DNA of 64,000 nt from an uncultured Acidobacteriota bacterium. GTDB taxonomy: Bacteria > Acidobacteriota > JAQAZP01. Each line of letters opens with the position of its first letter. Position 1 is the stretch's first letter. The translations under genes and the position numbers were made by a program. The notes below the pieces were generated by a model. The model worked only from the letters and a program-made list of their open reading frames with translations, ran no database searches and was not told the DNA's origin. Below, piece by piece: positions 31,860 through 40,170 of this stretch. The stretch is taken from positions 96,001-160,000 of the forward strand of contig CAWIIB010000001.1 in assembly GCA_963836075.1 (NCBI GenBank), read 5' to 3'.

Positions 31860-34266
31860 ATGATGTACTGCAGATCGAGGTCCCGCTCCATACCTTTCCT
31901 CTTCGCGCTCTCAGCCGCGGCGGTCCTGCTGCTCTTTCCGTGCGCGCTCCACGCCGATGACGACAACCCGAAGAACGACCTGGAACGCGACTACGTGGCG
32001 CTGACCAAGGTCGGCCTGGATACCGGCGCCGCGGCCCGGCTGGAGAATGTCACCTTCAAGCGCGACTGCCTCGAAGTGACGTTCAAGAGCGGGACCCTCT
32101 ATTTATCCGAAGAGGTGGAGGGCCAGAGTCACCGGTGCTGTTTTTATCGGCTCCGGGCGGATGAAAGTCGCCCTGCCCGATGACATCGAACGGGAGCAAT
32201 TAAAGAAATACACTGAAAAGACAGACCTGGACGAGCCGTTCACCAACGCATTTTTCCGTTTTGACGACGACACCGCCGGCCAGTTCGCCATGGAGCAGGG
32301 CGCCGGCGGAAGCAGTGCGTCCGAAGCCCGAAACCTGTTCAACAACCGGGGCGAGGCGCTGCGCAACCTGAAGAACAACGTGGAGTTCGACATCCTGACC
32401 CACCGGATTTCGGGGATGGCCCACGGCGGCACCTTTTACGGGGAGTTCGACACCGGGGAGCACGGCTGGGTTTCCTTTTCCCTGGCCCCCGATGCCGAGG
32501 AGGAGGTCTTTGTCTTTCAACACACCAAGGCCGGTGCCTCCGGCTCCACCCGCAAGACCGAGCTGTGGTGCCAGTTCGACCAGCTGGCCGACCTGGGCCA
32601 GCCGGAAAGCGTCCGCTGGAAGCAGAACAAGGACGACATCGACGTGGCCCGGTGCACCATGGACCTTACCGTGCGGCCCAATTCGCTGGTGCTGGACAAC
32701 AAGGTGAACCTGGAGCTGGTCTCCCGCCGCGACGGGCTGGGCAGCATCCGCTTCGCCTTTCTCCACGAGGGCGTCTTCGGACACCCGGGCGAAGTGGAGG
32801 TCCTCTCACTCACCGACAGCGCGGGCCGGGAACTGGAATATGTCCACCGCAACCACGAGATCATGATCCGCCTGGCCCAGACCCTCAATGACGGCGACCG
32901 CGAGACCGTCAACTTCGTCTACGAGGGGGACATCATCGCCCCGATCTTCATCCTCGGCGATATGGCCGGTACCCCCGGAGGCCGGATGCCGGCGGAATTC
33001 GATTTCCTGCCCACCCACCCGGTTTCCTTCCAGCTGCTCAACACCTACCCCTGGTACCCCCAGTACGGTTACCTGAGACGTTCCCACATCGACTGGACGG
33101 TCAGGGTGCCCAAACCGAACCTGGCGGTGGTGTCGGGGGACACGGTGCGCCGCTGGGAGGAAGAGGATTACAACTGCATCCAGACCACTTTCGACGCCCC
33201 GGTGATGCTGCCCAGCATCATCTTCGGCGAGTTCTACATGGTGACCAACGCCGACACCCGCGAGGAGGGGTCGCCGATCGTCAACGTTTACAGCCTGGCC
33301 AAGCAGAAGACGGAGCGGGACAAGATCCTCGACGAGTCGGTGCAGATCGTCAAGTATCTGGAGAGTCTCTACGGCCCCTACCCCTACGAGGAGCTTGACA
33401 TTGCCCAGATGAGTTTCTTCATGGGCTTCGGCCAGGCCCCTCCCGGCCTGGTGCAGCTCACCGGCGAGGCCTTTCTCACCGACGGACAGGTATCCACCAT
33501 ATCCAACTTCGGCAGCACCATTGGCCGCAGCCAGTTCCTGGCCCACGAGATCGGCCACCAGTGGTGGGCCCACGTGGTGGGCTGGCGCACGTATCACGAC
33601 CAGTGGCTCAGCGAGGCCTTCACCGAATATTCCTCGGCGATGTATATGAACGTTCTGGAGGGCCCCAGCGGCTTCCAGGAGGACATGGACGGCTGGTGGG
33701 ATAACGCCATGCAGCTCAAGGAGGCCGGACCGATCTCTCTCGGCGGCCGCCTGGGCGGTCGCGATTTCGTCTATTCCCTCTACGACAAGGGGCCCTACGT
33801 GGTGCACATGCTGCGCATGGCCCTGGTGGCGCAGTTCGGGCCGGACAAGGGCACCACCATGTTCGTCACCGCACTGAAAAACTTCCTCGACGAATACCGG
33901 CACCAGAATCCCACCACCACCGACCTGCAGCGGGTGGTGAGCCGCACGGTGGGGATGGACATGGACTGGTTCTTCGACCAGTGGTTCCGTGGTTCGGGAA
34001 TCCCCCGGATGTATTTCTCCTACGATGTGCGGGCCACCGAGGACGGGAAATGGCTGCTGGAGGGCCGGATCCGCCAGGAGGACCCGGAGAAGGCGGTCAA
34101 GGCCATCATGCCGATTTACTACGAGTTCGGCCGCAAGCAGTTCAGCGACCAGGTCCTTTTCGTGAACAAGCCTGATTTTACCTTCCGGGCCAAGCTGCCG
34201 GCCAAACCGAAAAAAGTGGTGCTCAACAAGTCCGAAGACCTGCTGGCCGAGATCATCAGGGAGTGA
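31860..34266 (+). CDS. secreted M1-family (gluzincin) aminopeptidase; one +1 frameshift near 32123
   Basis: Signal peptide in the first frame; LAHEIGHQWW...WLSEAF, YDKG, WFFDQW in the second frame. Confidence 0.85.
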
Positions 34267-34284
34267 TCCCTGCCGGTGGAGTGA

Positions 34285-34320
34285 GCGGCCCCGGTTTCCC
34301 CGCGAACCCGGGGCCGTTTT
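34285..34320 (+). terminator. intrinsic terminator after the M1 peptidase
   Basis: CGGCCCCGG...CCGGGGCCG hairpin followed by TTTT. Confidence 0.65.
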
Positions 34321-34358
34321 GCGTACCCGCCCATGCCTGTTCACCACCGAATCAGGGG

Positions 34359-34387
34359 TTGACAACCAGCGTATATTGAGCTTTAAT
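34359..34387 (+). promoter_or_regulatory. sigma70-type promoter of the TonB-dependent receptor
   Basis: TTGACA(34359-64)-17 bp-TTTAAT(34382-87) in an AT-rich intergenic region. Confidence 0.65.
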
Positions 34388-34399
34388 ACGTGCAGGATA

Positions 34400-34414
34400 T
34401 GATAATAATCATAA
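34400..34414. promoter_or_regulatory. Fur/PerR-like box
   Basis: TGATAAT-A-ATCATAA matches 12 of 14 positions of the 7-1-7 Fur consensus TGATAAT-N-ATTATCA, just downstream of the -10 box. Confidence 0.45.
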
Positions 34415-34683
34415 GAAGTAGCGCACTTTACGGACGAATGTGGTTTTTGAAACCTTGACCCACAAAACAAGGAGGATTAAACGAAGCCATTCAACCATTC
34501 CCGCCACAATCAGAACACGCCAATGATCAGAAGGTTTTGGTGAAGCGAAGATAATAACAATAATGAAAGTTGGGGAGCGCGTGAAAATGAGGCATCCGGA
34601 ACCGTACCGCTCGGGCGGCCGGGCTGTTCTCACTTCACCAAAAAGTTCACTCAGTCATCCCTAAATGTGGAGGTCAGTTGGAT

Positions 34684-37350
34684 ATGTTAAGCAAGCTGAA
34701 CAAAATTGTACTGGGGGTCGCGCTCATCGCGCTGATCGCCGGCCCCGTCTTTGCCAGCACCCAGGAGGGCAGCATGTCCGGCGACGTGCTGGACAAGGGC
34801 GGCAACCCGCTTCCCGGCGTGACCGTCACCATCAAGGGCCCTGCGATGCAGGGTGAGAAGATGGCCGTCACCGACGCCGAGGGAAAATGGCGCATTCCGC
34901 TGGTCCCCGTGGGAGCGATGTATGAAGTCACCGCGTTCCTCGACGGCTTCCAGCGGGTGATCCAGACCGAAATCACGGTCAACATCGCCGCCAACAGCCG
35001 GGTGGATTTCACCATGGTGGAAGGTACCGGCGACCTGGGCGAGATCACCGTCACCGCCGAGGCCCCGCTGATCGACTCCAAGAAGACCTCGATCAGTGAG
35101 ACCATCACCTACGAGTTCATGGAAGACATCCCCACCGGCCGCAGCTATTTCGACGCCATGTCCATGGCCGCCGGCGTGGCCGGGTTCGGCAACGTGTTCA
35201 CCCACGGCGCCGACAACACCGACAACGTCTTCCTGGTGGACGGCGTGGACACCACCGACAGCGCCACCGGCACCTTCGGCATGAACTTCAGCTACGAGGC
35301 GATCCAGGAAGTGGAGATGAAGACCGGCGCGTTCGAGGCCGAGTACGGCCGGGCCACCGGCGCCATCTCCAACGTGGTGACCAAGTCGGGCGGTAACGAG
35401 TTCCACGGCGCCGTCCCCGTCTACTACACCAACCTCGACATGAAACGGCACCAGTCAGCCGACCGCGGCGCCGTGGACGAGGAAGAGTTCTACGAAGTCG
35501 AGCCGGGCGTCTCCATCGGCGGCCCGATCCTGCGCGACAAACTCTGGTTCTTCGCTTCCTACAACAACTTCACCCGCCGCATCAAGGGGATCAACGCCTT
35601 TGACGAGGCGATCAGCCGCAGTGAGATCTTCGAGGAGTGGATGGGCAAGGTCACCTGGCAGATCAACCCCGACAACAAGGTCGTGGGCCAGTACGCTTCC
35701 GACCCGGCCACCATCGAGAGCCGCGACTCGCTGAGCACCACCACCATGGCCAGCGCTTACGGCCAGCAGGAGCAGGGCGGCGACCTCTACAAACTGCAGT
35801 GGACCAGCATCTTCACCCCGAACCTCTTTCTCGAGTTGAAGGCGGCGCACCACGAAGTGAACCTGACCATCGGTCCGTCCAACGCCGGCTTCGGCGACGA
35901 CCGGATCATCGACCAGCAGAACGGCGGGGACACCATTATCTCCGGCAACGTCGGCTCCATCACCGACATCCACCGCCCGCGGGACCAGTACAACGGTGTG
36001 CTGAACTACTACCTCGGCGACTTTCACGGTGAACACAACTTCAAGTTCGGCCTCGAGTACCAGGATTTCAGCTACGACGAGGACGCGATCTACCCCAACG
36101 CCTTCACCATCAACCGTCCGGATACCGCCGCCGGTGAGGCCCGGCCCGACCAGTGGCTGCAGCAGACCCCTCTGCTGGCCACCAACGACGGCAGTATCCT
36201 CACCGCCTTTGTCCAGGACTCCTGGACCTACCGCGACAACTGGGCCATCAACCTCGGCCTGCGCTGGGAGAGCCAGAAGCAGAGCAACGATGTGGGCGAG
36301 CGGGTTTACAACCTGAACAACCTCTGGGCTCCCCGTGTCGGCGCCTCCTGGGACATCAACGGTGACGGCCGCAGCAAGGCCTACGCCAACTACGGACGCT
36401 ACTATGACGCCGTGGGGCTCTACCTCGGTCAGGCCCTGAACCGGCAGACCAACTCCACCTTCCGCTGGGAAGGCACCTACGACCCCGCCGATCCCACCAA
36501 CCCTGACAACTGGACCCTGGTCAACCAGACCGACGGGGACAACAACACCACCACCATCGATCCCAACCTCTCGGCCAACTTCAAGGATGAGATCGTGGTC
36601 GGCTACGAGTTCGAGTTCGCCACCGATTTCTCCGCCGGCGCCAAGTTCATCTGGAACTGGCAGAGGAACCTGATCGAGGACGTCATCAGCAACGAGGCCC
36701 AGATCCGGGACGGCTCGGAAGACACCTACGTCTACTACATCACCAATGTGGATCAGGCCCGCCGCAACTACAAGGGCCTCGAGTTCCAGTTGAAGAAGCG
36801 CCTCTCCAACAACTACCAGTTCCTGCTGGTCTACACCCTCTCCGAGGCCAAGGGCTCGCTGGCCAACTCCGGCCAGTCCGAGGGTCTGAACGTCTACGCC
36901 GACTTCGCCGAGGTGCTCTACAACCGTTACGGCTACCTCCCCTGGGACGACCGTCACTACCTCAAGCTGAACGGTTCCTACCACCTGCCCTGGGGCATCA
37001 TTGCCGGGACCAGCATGGGCTGGCGCAGCGGCCGGCCCTACAACCGGATCTCCGCCAACCTGCCGGAGAGCGCGACCAATTTCTCGGGATACACCAGCCA
37101 GTACTATCTCGACCCCCGCGGCAGCCACCGCCTGGGTCACGTCTGGTGGATGGACCTTCGGGCCACCAAGGACTTCAACATCGGCGACACCGAGCTGAGC
37201 GTCATCGTTGACGCCTTCAACGTCTGGAACAACCAGTACGTGCTCGCCCGCCAGTCCACCGACTCCCAGAACGAGAACTCCACCTGGAGCAACGCCACTG
37301 CCTGGATGGGCGCCGGCACGTTCACCGTCGGTCTGAAGTTCTCCTTCTAG
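34684..37350 (+). CDS. TonB-dependent receptor, Oar-like, with N-terminal carboxypeptidase-regulatory-like domain
   Basis: Signal peptide, GNPLPGVTVTI, FLVDGVD, AEYGRATGAISNVVTKSGGNEFHG, GGPILRDKLWFF, C-terminal GLKFSF. Confidence 0.93.
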   Translation: MLSKLNKIVLGVALIALIAGPVFASTQEGSMSGDVLDKGGNPLPGVTVTIKGPAMQGEKMAVTDAEGKWRIPLVPVGAMYEVTAFLDGFQRVIQTEITVNIAANSRVDFTMVEGTGDLGEITVTAEAPLIDSKKTSISETITYEFMEDIPTGRSYFDAMSMAAGVAGFGNVFTHGADNTDNVFLVDGVDTTDSATGTFGMNFSYEAIQEVEMKTGAFEAEYGRATGAISNVVTKSGGNEFHGAVPVYYTNLDMKRHQSADRGAVDEEEFYEVEPGVSIGGPILRDKLWFFASYNNFTRRIKGINAFDEAISRSEIFEEWMGKVTWQINPDNKVVGQYASDPATIESRDSLSTTTMASAYGQQEQGGDLYKLQWTSIFTPNLFLELKAAHHEVNLTIGPSNAGFGDDRIIDQQNGGDTIISGNVGSITDIHRPRDQYNGVLNYYLGDFHGEHNFKFGLEYQDFSYDEDAIYPNAFTINRPDTAAGEARPDQWLQQTPLLATNDGSILTAFVQDSWTYRDNWAINLGLRWESQKQSNDVGERVYNLNNLWAPRVGASWDINGDGRSKAYANYGRYYDAVGLYLGQALNRQTNSTFRWEGTYDPADPTNPDNWTLVNQTDGDNNTTTIDPNLSANFKDEIVVGYEFEFATDFSAGAKFIWNWQRNLIEDVISNEAQIRDGSEDTYVYYITNVDQARRNYKGLEFQLKKRLSNNYQFLLVYTLSEAKGSLANSGQSEGLNVYADFAEVLYNRYGYLPWDDRHYLKLNGSYHLPWGIIAGTSMGWRSGRPYNRISANLPESATNFSGYTSQYYLDPRGSHRLGHVWWMDLRATKDFNIGDTELSVIVDAFNVWNNQYVLARQSTDSQNENSTWSNATAWMGAGTFTVGLKFSF

Positions 37351-37364
37351 CAACCGTTTACCAG

Positions 37365-37449
37365 TCGGGCCCGCCTTTGGCGGGCCCGATTTCCACAGCA
37401 CCACGGGGAGGCCGCGGTTCAACAGACCGCGGTTTCCCCGAATTTTTTT
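37365..37449 (+). terminator. tandem hairpins and terminator after the TonB receptor
   Basis: TCGGGCCCGCC-TTT-GGCGGGCCCGA then CGGGGAGGCCGCGGT...ACCGCGGTTTCCCCG followed by a T run. Confidence 0.7.
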
Positions 37450-37580
37450 GTGCGAACCGGCGGTCTCCCTTTTGATCTCGCCTGATTTATATTACACTTG
37501 TACCATGTGGACGGCTCGCGCGGGCAGTTGCCCGTATGTGGGGTGAAAGACGTGATTCTACCGAGTTGAGGGACCTGACC

Positions 37581-38552
37581 ATGAGACCGAAAAGCAATAC
37601 CGTACCGTCGCAGGCAGTTCGTGGAAGTCTTGCAATTCTATTACTTGTAATTGTCTTCTCCGGGAGCCAGCCCCTGCTGGCCGGTGACGTCACCGGAAAA
37701 GTCAGGGGTACCATCACCGACGGGAAGGGCAACCCCCTGGAAGGGGTGACGGTGATCATCAAGGATACCACCACCGAATCTAGGGTCTACACGGTGGTGA
37801 CCAAGAAAACAGGGAAATATTACTATTTGGGTCTGGAACCGGCCGTCCACTCCATCGAGGCCTCCATGGAGGGCTACCGCCCCTCGACCAAGCAGGTCCG
37901 CACCCGCCTGGGCATGTGGGTCGAGGCGAACATGACCCTGTTCAAGGAGGGCGAGGGCGGCTTTGGCGGCACCGGGCCGAAGAGCGACGAGGAAAAAGCC
38001 ATCGAGGAGTTCAACGGGGCGCTGCTGCTGATCGAAGAGGGAAAACTCGATGAAGCCCTGGCCGCCCTGGACAAGGCCATCGAACTGGACGATGTGATCT
38101 ACGAGCCGCTGCAGACCAAGGGCCAGGTCTACTTCGAGAAAGAGGAATACGACAAGGCGCTGGAGCAGTTCGATGCGGCCATGGAGATGGGCTCCACCGA
38201 CCCCAGCAACTATTTCTTCCTCTCCGAGATCTACAAGGCCAAGGGCAACGACAAGAAGGCCGGGGAATACACCCAGCTCTACCTCGACGAGGCGGACAAT
38301 GTCAACGTCGACGTGCTGTTCAACATGGCGGCCAAGGCGCTGAACGACAGCGACGACGCCACGGCCAAGGACTACCTGCTGCAGATCGTCGCGGCGGAGC
38401 CGGAGTACGCCGACGCTCATCGCGAGCTGGGCTACGTCTTTATCCGCGAGGGCGATTTCCCCAAGGCCAAGGAGCACTTCCAGACCTACCTCGACCTGTC
38501 CCCCGAAGCGGATGACGCCGGGGAGATCAGCTCGATGATGGAGATTCTCTGA
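37581..38552 (+). CDS. secreted carboxypeptidase-regulatory-like domain plus TPR protein
   Basis: Signal peptide, GTITDGKGNPLEGVTV, TPR repeats (ALAALDKAIELD, AHRELG, FQTYLDLSP). Confidence 0.85.
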   Translation: MRPKSNTVPSQAVRGSLAILLLVIVFSGSQPLLAGDVTGKVRGTITDGKGNPLEGVTVIIKDTTTESRVYTVVTKKTGKYYYLGLEPAVHSIEASMEGYRPSTKQVRTRLGMWVEANMTLFKEGEGGFGGTGPKSDEEKAIEEFNGALLLIEEGKLDEALAALDKAIELDDVIYEPLQTKGQVYFEKEEYDKALEQFDAAMEMGSTDPSNYFFLSEIYKAKGNDKKAGEYTQLYLDEADNVNVDVLFNMAAKALNDSDDATAKDYLLQIVAAEPEYADAHRELGYVFIREGDFPKAKEHFQTYLDLSPEADDAGEISSMMEIL

Positions 38553-38627
38553 CCGTTTTCCGTTCGAGTTGTGCCGCGGCCTTTACGGCCGGCGGTCGCC
38601 CGGAATACATCAACAGGAGTGATAGTG

Positions 38628-40106
38628 ATGAGAAAGTACTGCGTGGTGGTCCTTCTGCTGTTCCTGGCCGGTGTCCTGGCCGGCTCCCCGGCACAGGCCA
38701 AGCTGAGCAAGGAGGCCAAGGAGTGGATGAACGGACCGGTTCGCTACCTGATGTCCCAGGACGAGCGGAAGGTATTCAAGGACCTCGATGGCGAGGAGGC
38801 GGTGGAGCAGTTCAAGAAGGACTTTTGGGCCAAACGCGACCCGATCCCCGAGACGGGGACCAACGAGTTCAAGATCCGCTTCGAAGAGCGGGTAGCCTTT
38901 GCCGACCAGAATTTCAAATCCTGGCGCAGCGACCGGGGCATGGTCTTCATCCTGCTGGGCCCGCCCCAGGATCGCTCCGACAGCCCCCTGGGCGCCGACA
39001 TCAGCGTGGCCGGTTCAGAAATCTGGACCTACGCCGCGATCAAGGAACAGCGGACCCGCACCAACTACTCGATCTTCTTCTATGACCAGGACGGCAACGG
39101 TGATTACGACATGTGGGTCGGACAGGATCTGGGCGGCAATCCTCCGGACGGGATTGAGAGATGCGACATCGTTTTCACCGACCCGAAGATCATCGGTCTC
39201 GAACCCCTGCCCGAAGAATTCAGGGCGGTGGTGGACGCGCCCACGGCGACCGTCGCCGCGCCACCGGCACAACCCACGGTCTCTTCCGCTTCGGCGGCCT
39301 TTGTCGACCGGGTGATCGCCGGTGAGGAGCCGCTGAGCGACCTCAACGTCGCCCACAGCGCTTACTGTTTCAAGGACGACAAGGGCACCACGCTGGTGGT
39401 GATCAATGTCGGCGTGTTCACCGCGGATCAGATCGAGGACCCGGGGTTTGTTCCCTTTGCCCGGCTGGTCAGCGCCACGGGGGAGAGCTACAGTTTCGAG
39501 AGCGAAGCCTCCTTCTCCCCCTGGAAGGATAACGACAAGATCGCGGACGACTTCCTGGTCTACCAGGCCCAGGGGTCGGTCCCGGCCGGGCAGTACCAGC
39601 TGTATGGCGGCGTCTACCACAAGGGTGACAACAAGGCCGGGACGTTCAGCGAGGAACTGAAGGCTCCGGAATTCCATGCCGGGGCGTTCTCCCTTTCCAG
39701 CATCGTGGTGGCCAATGAAATGAAAGGCGACCCCACCCGCTCCGGGGAGGGAAAAATTTCGGCCAAGCCGTTCACCCTCGGCGGCACCACCATCCTGCCC
39801 AACGTGGACCACGTCTACACCAAGAAGCAGGAACTGGCGGTTTTCTTCCAGGCTTACGACGGCCAGAAGAACCTGGAGACCGACCAGTACATCTTCCGGC
39901 TGCAATACAGGTTTTTCTACGAGAAGGACGGCCGCTTCGTGCCGTACGGCAAACCGAAAATGGTGGAGTCGGACAGCCCCGGGCAGGGCTATTTCGTGCC
40001 GCTGGCCACCCTGCGCAGCGGGAAGTACAAACTGATCGTTTCGGCCACCGACATGATGACCGAGCAGACCGCCAAGTCCACCACTTACTTCGAACTGGTC
40101 GATTGA
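38628..40106 (+). CDS. GWxTD-domain secreted protein
   Basis: WMNGPVRYLM, FWAKRDP, NEFKIRFEERVAFAD, WRSDRGMVFILLGPP, EIWTY; Ig-like C-terminus. Confidence 0.85.
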   Translation: MRKYCVVVLLLFLAGVLAGSPAQAKLSKEAKEWMNGPVRYLMSQDERKVFKDLDGEEAVEQFKKDFWAKRDPIPETGTNEFKIRFEERVAFADQNFKSWRSDRGMVFILLGPPQDRSDSPLGADISVAGSEIWTYAAIKEQRTRTNYSIFFYDQDGNGDYDMWVGQDLGGNPPDGIERCDIVFTDPKIIGLEPLPEEFRAVVDAPTATVAAPPAQPTVSSASAAFVDRVIAGEEPLSDLNVAHSAYCFKDDKGTTLVVINVGVFTADQIEDPGFVPFARLVSATGESYSFESEASFSPWKDNDKIADDFLVYQAQGSVPAGQYQLYGGVYHKGDNKAGTFSEELKAPEFHAGAFSLSSIVVANEMKGDPTRSGEGKISAKPFTLGGTTILPNVDHVYTKKQELAVFFQAYDGQKNLETDQYIFRLQYRFFYEKDGRFVPYGKPKMVESDSPGQGYFVPLATLRSGKYKLIVSATDMMTEQTAKSTTYFELVD

Positions 40107-40170
40107 TCCCGCTTACCGCGACGACATTCCCGCGGGCGCTGCCGGCGCCCGCGGGGCAGAGGGGCAGAGC

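Noticed and set aside
34394-34683. Cobalamin or TPP riboswitch before the TonB receptor
   Set aside because: The B12-box and TPP core sequences were not found by eye; kept only as an unknown structured leader.
35455-37422. Long antisense ORFs (for example 35455-37422, 22854-24746, 32806-34470, 3907-5271, 40546-42180)
   Set aside because: They are shadows of strongly GC3-biased genes on the opposite strand, with no motifs or RBS.
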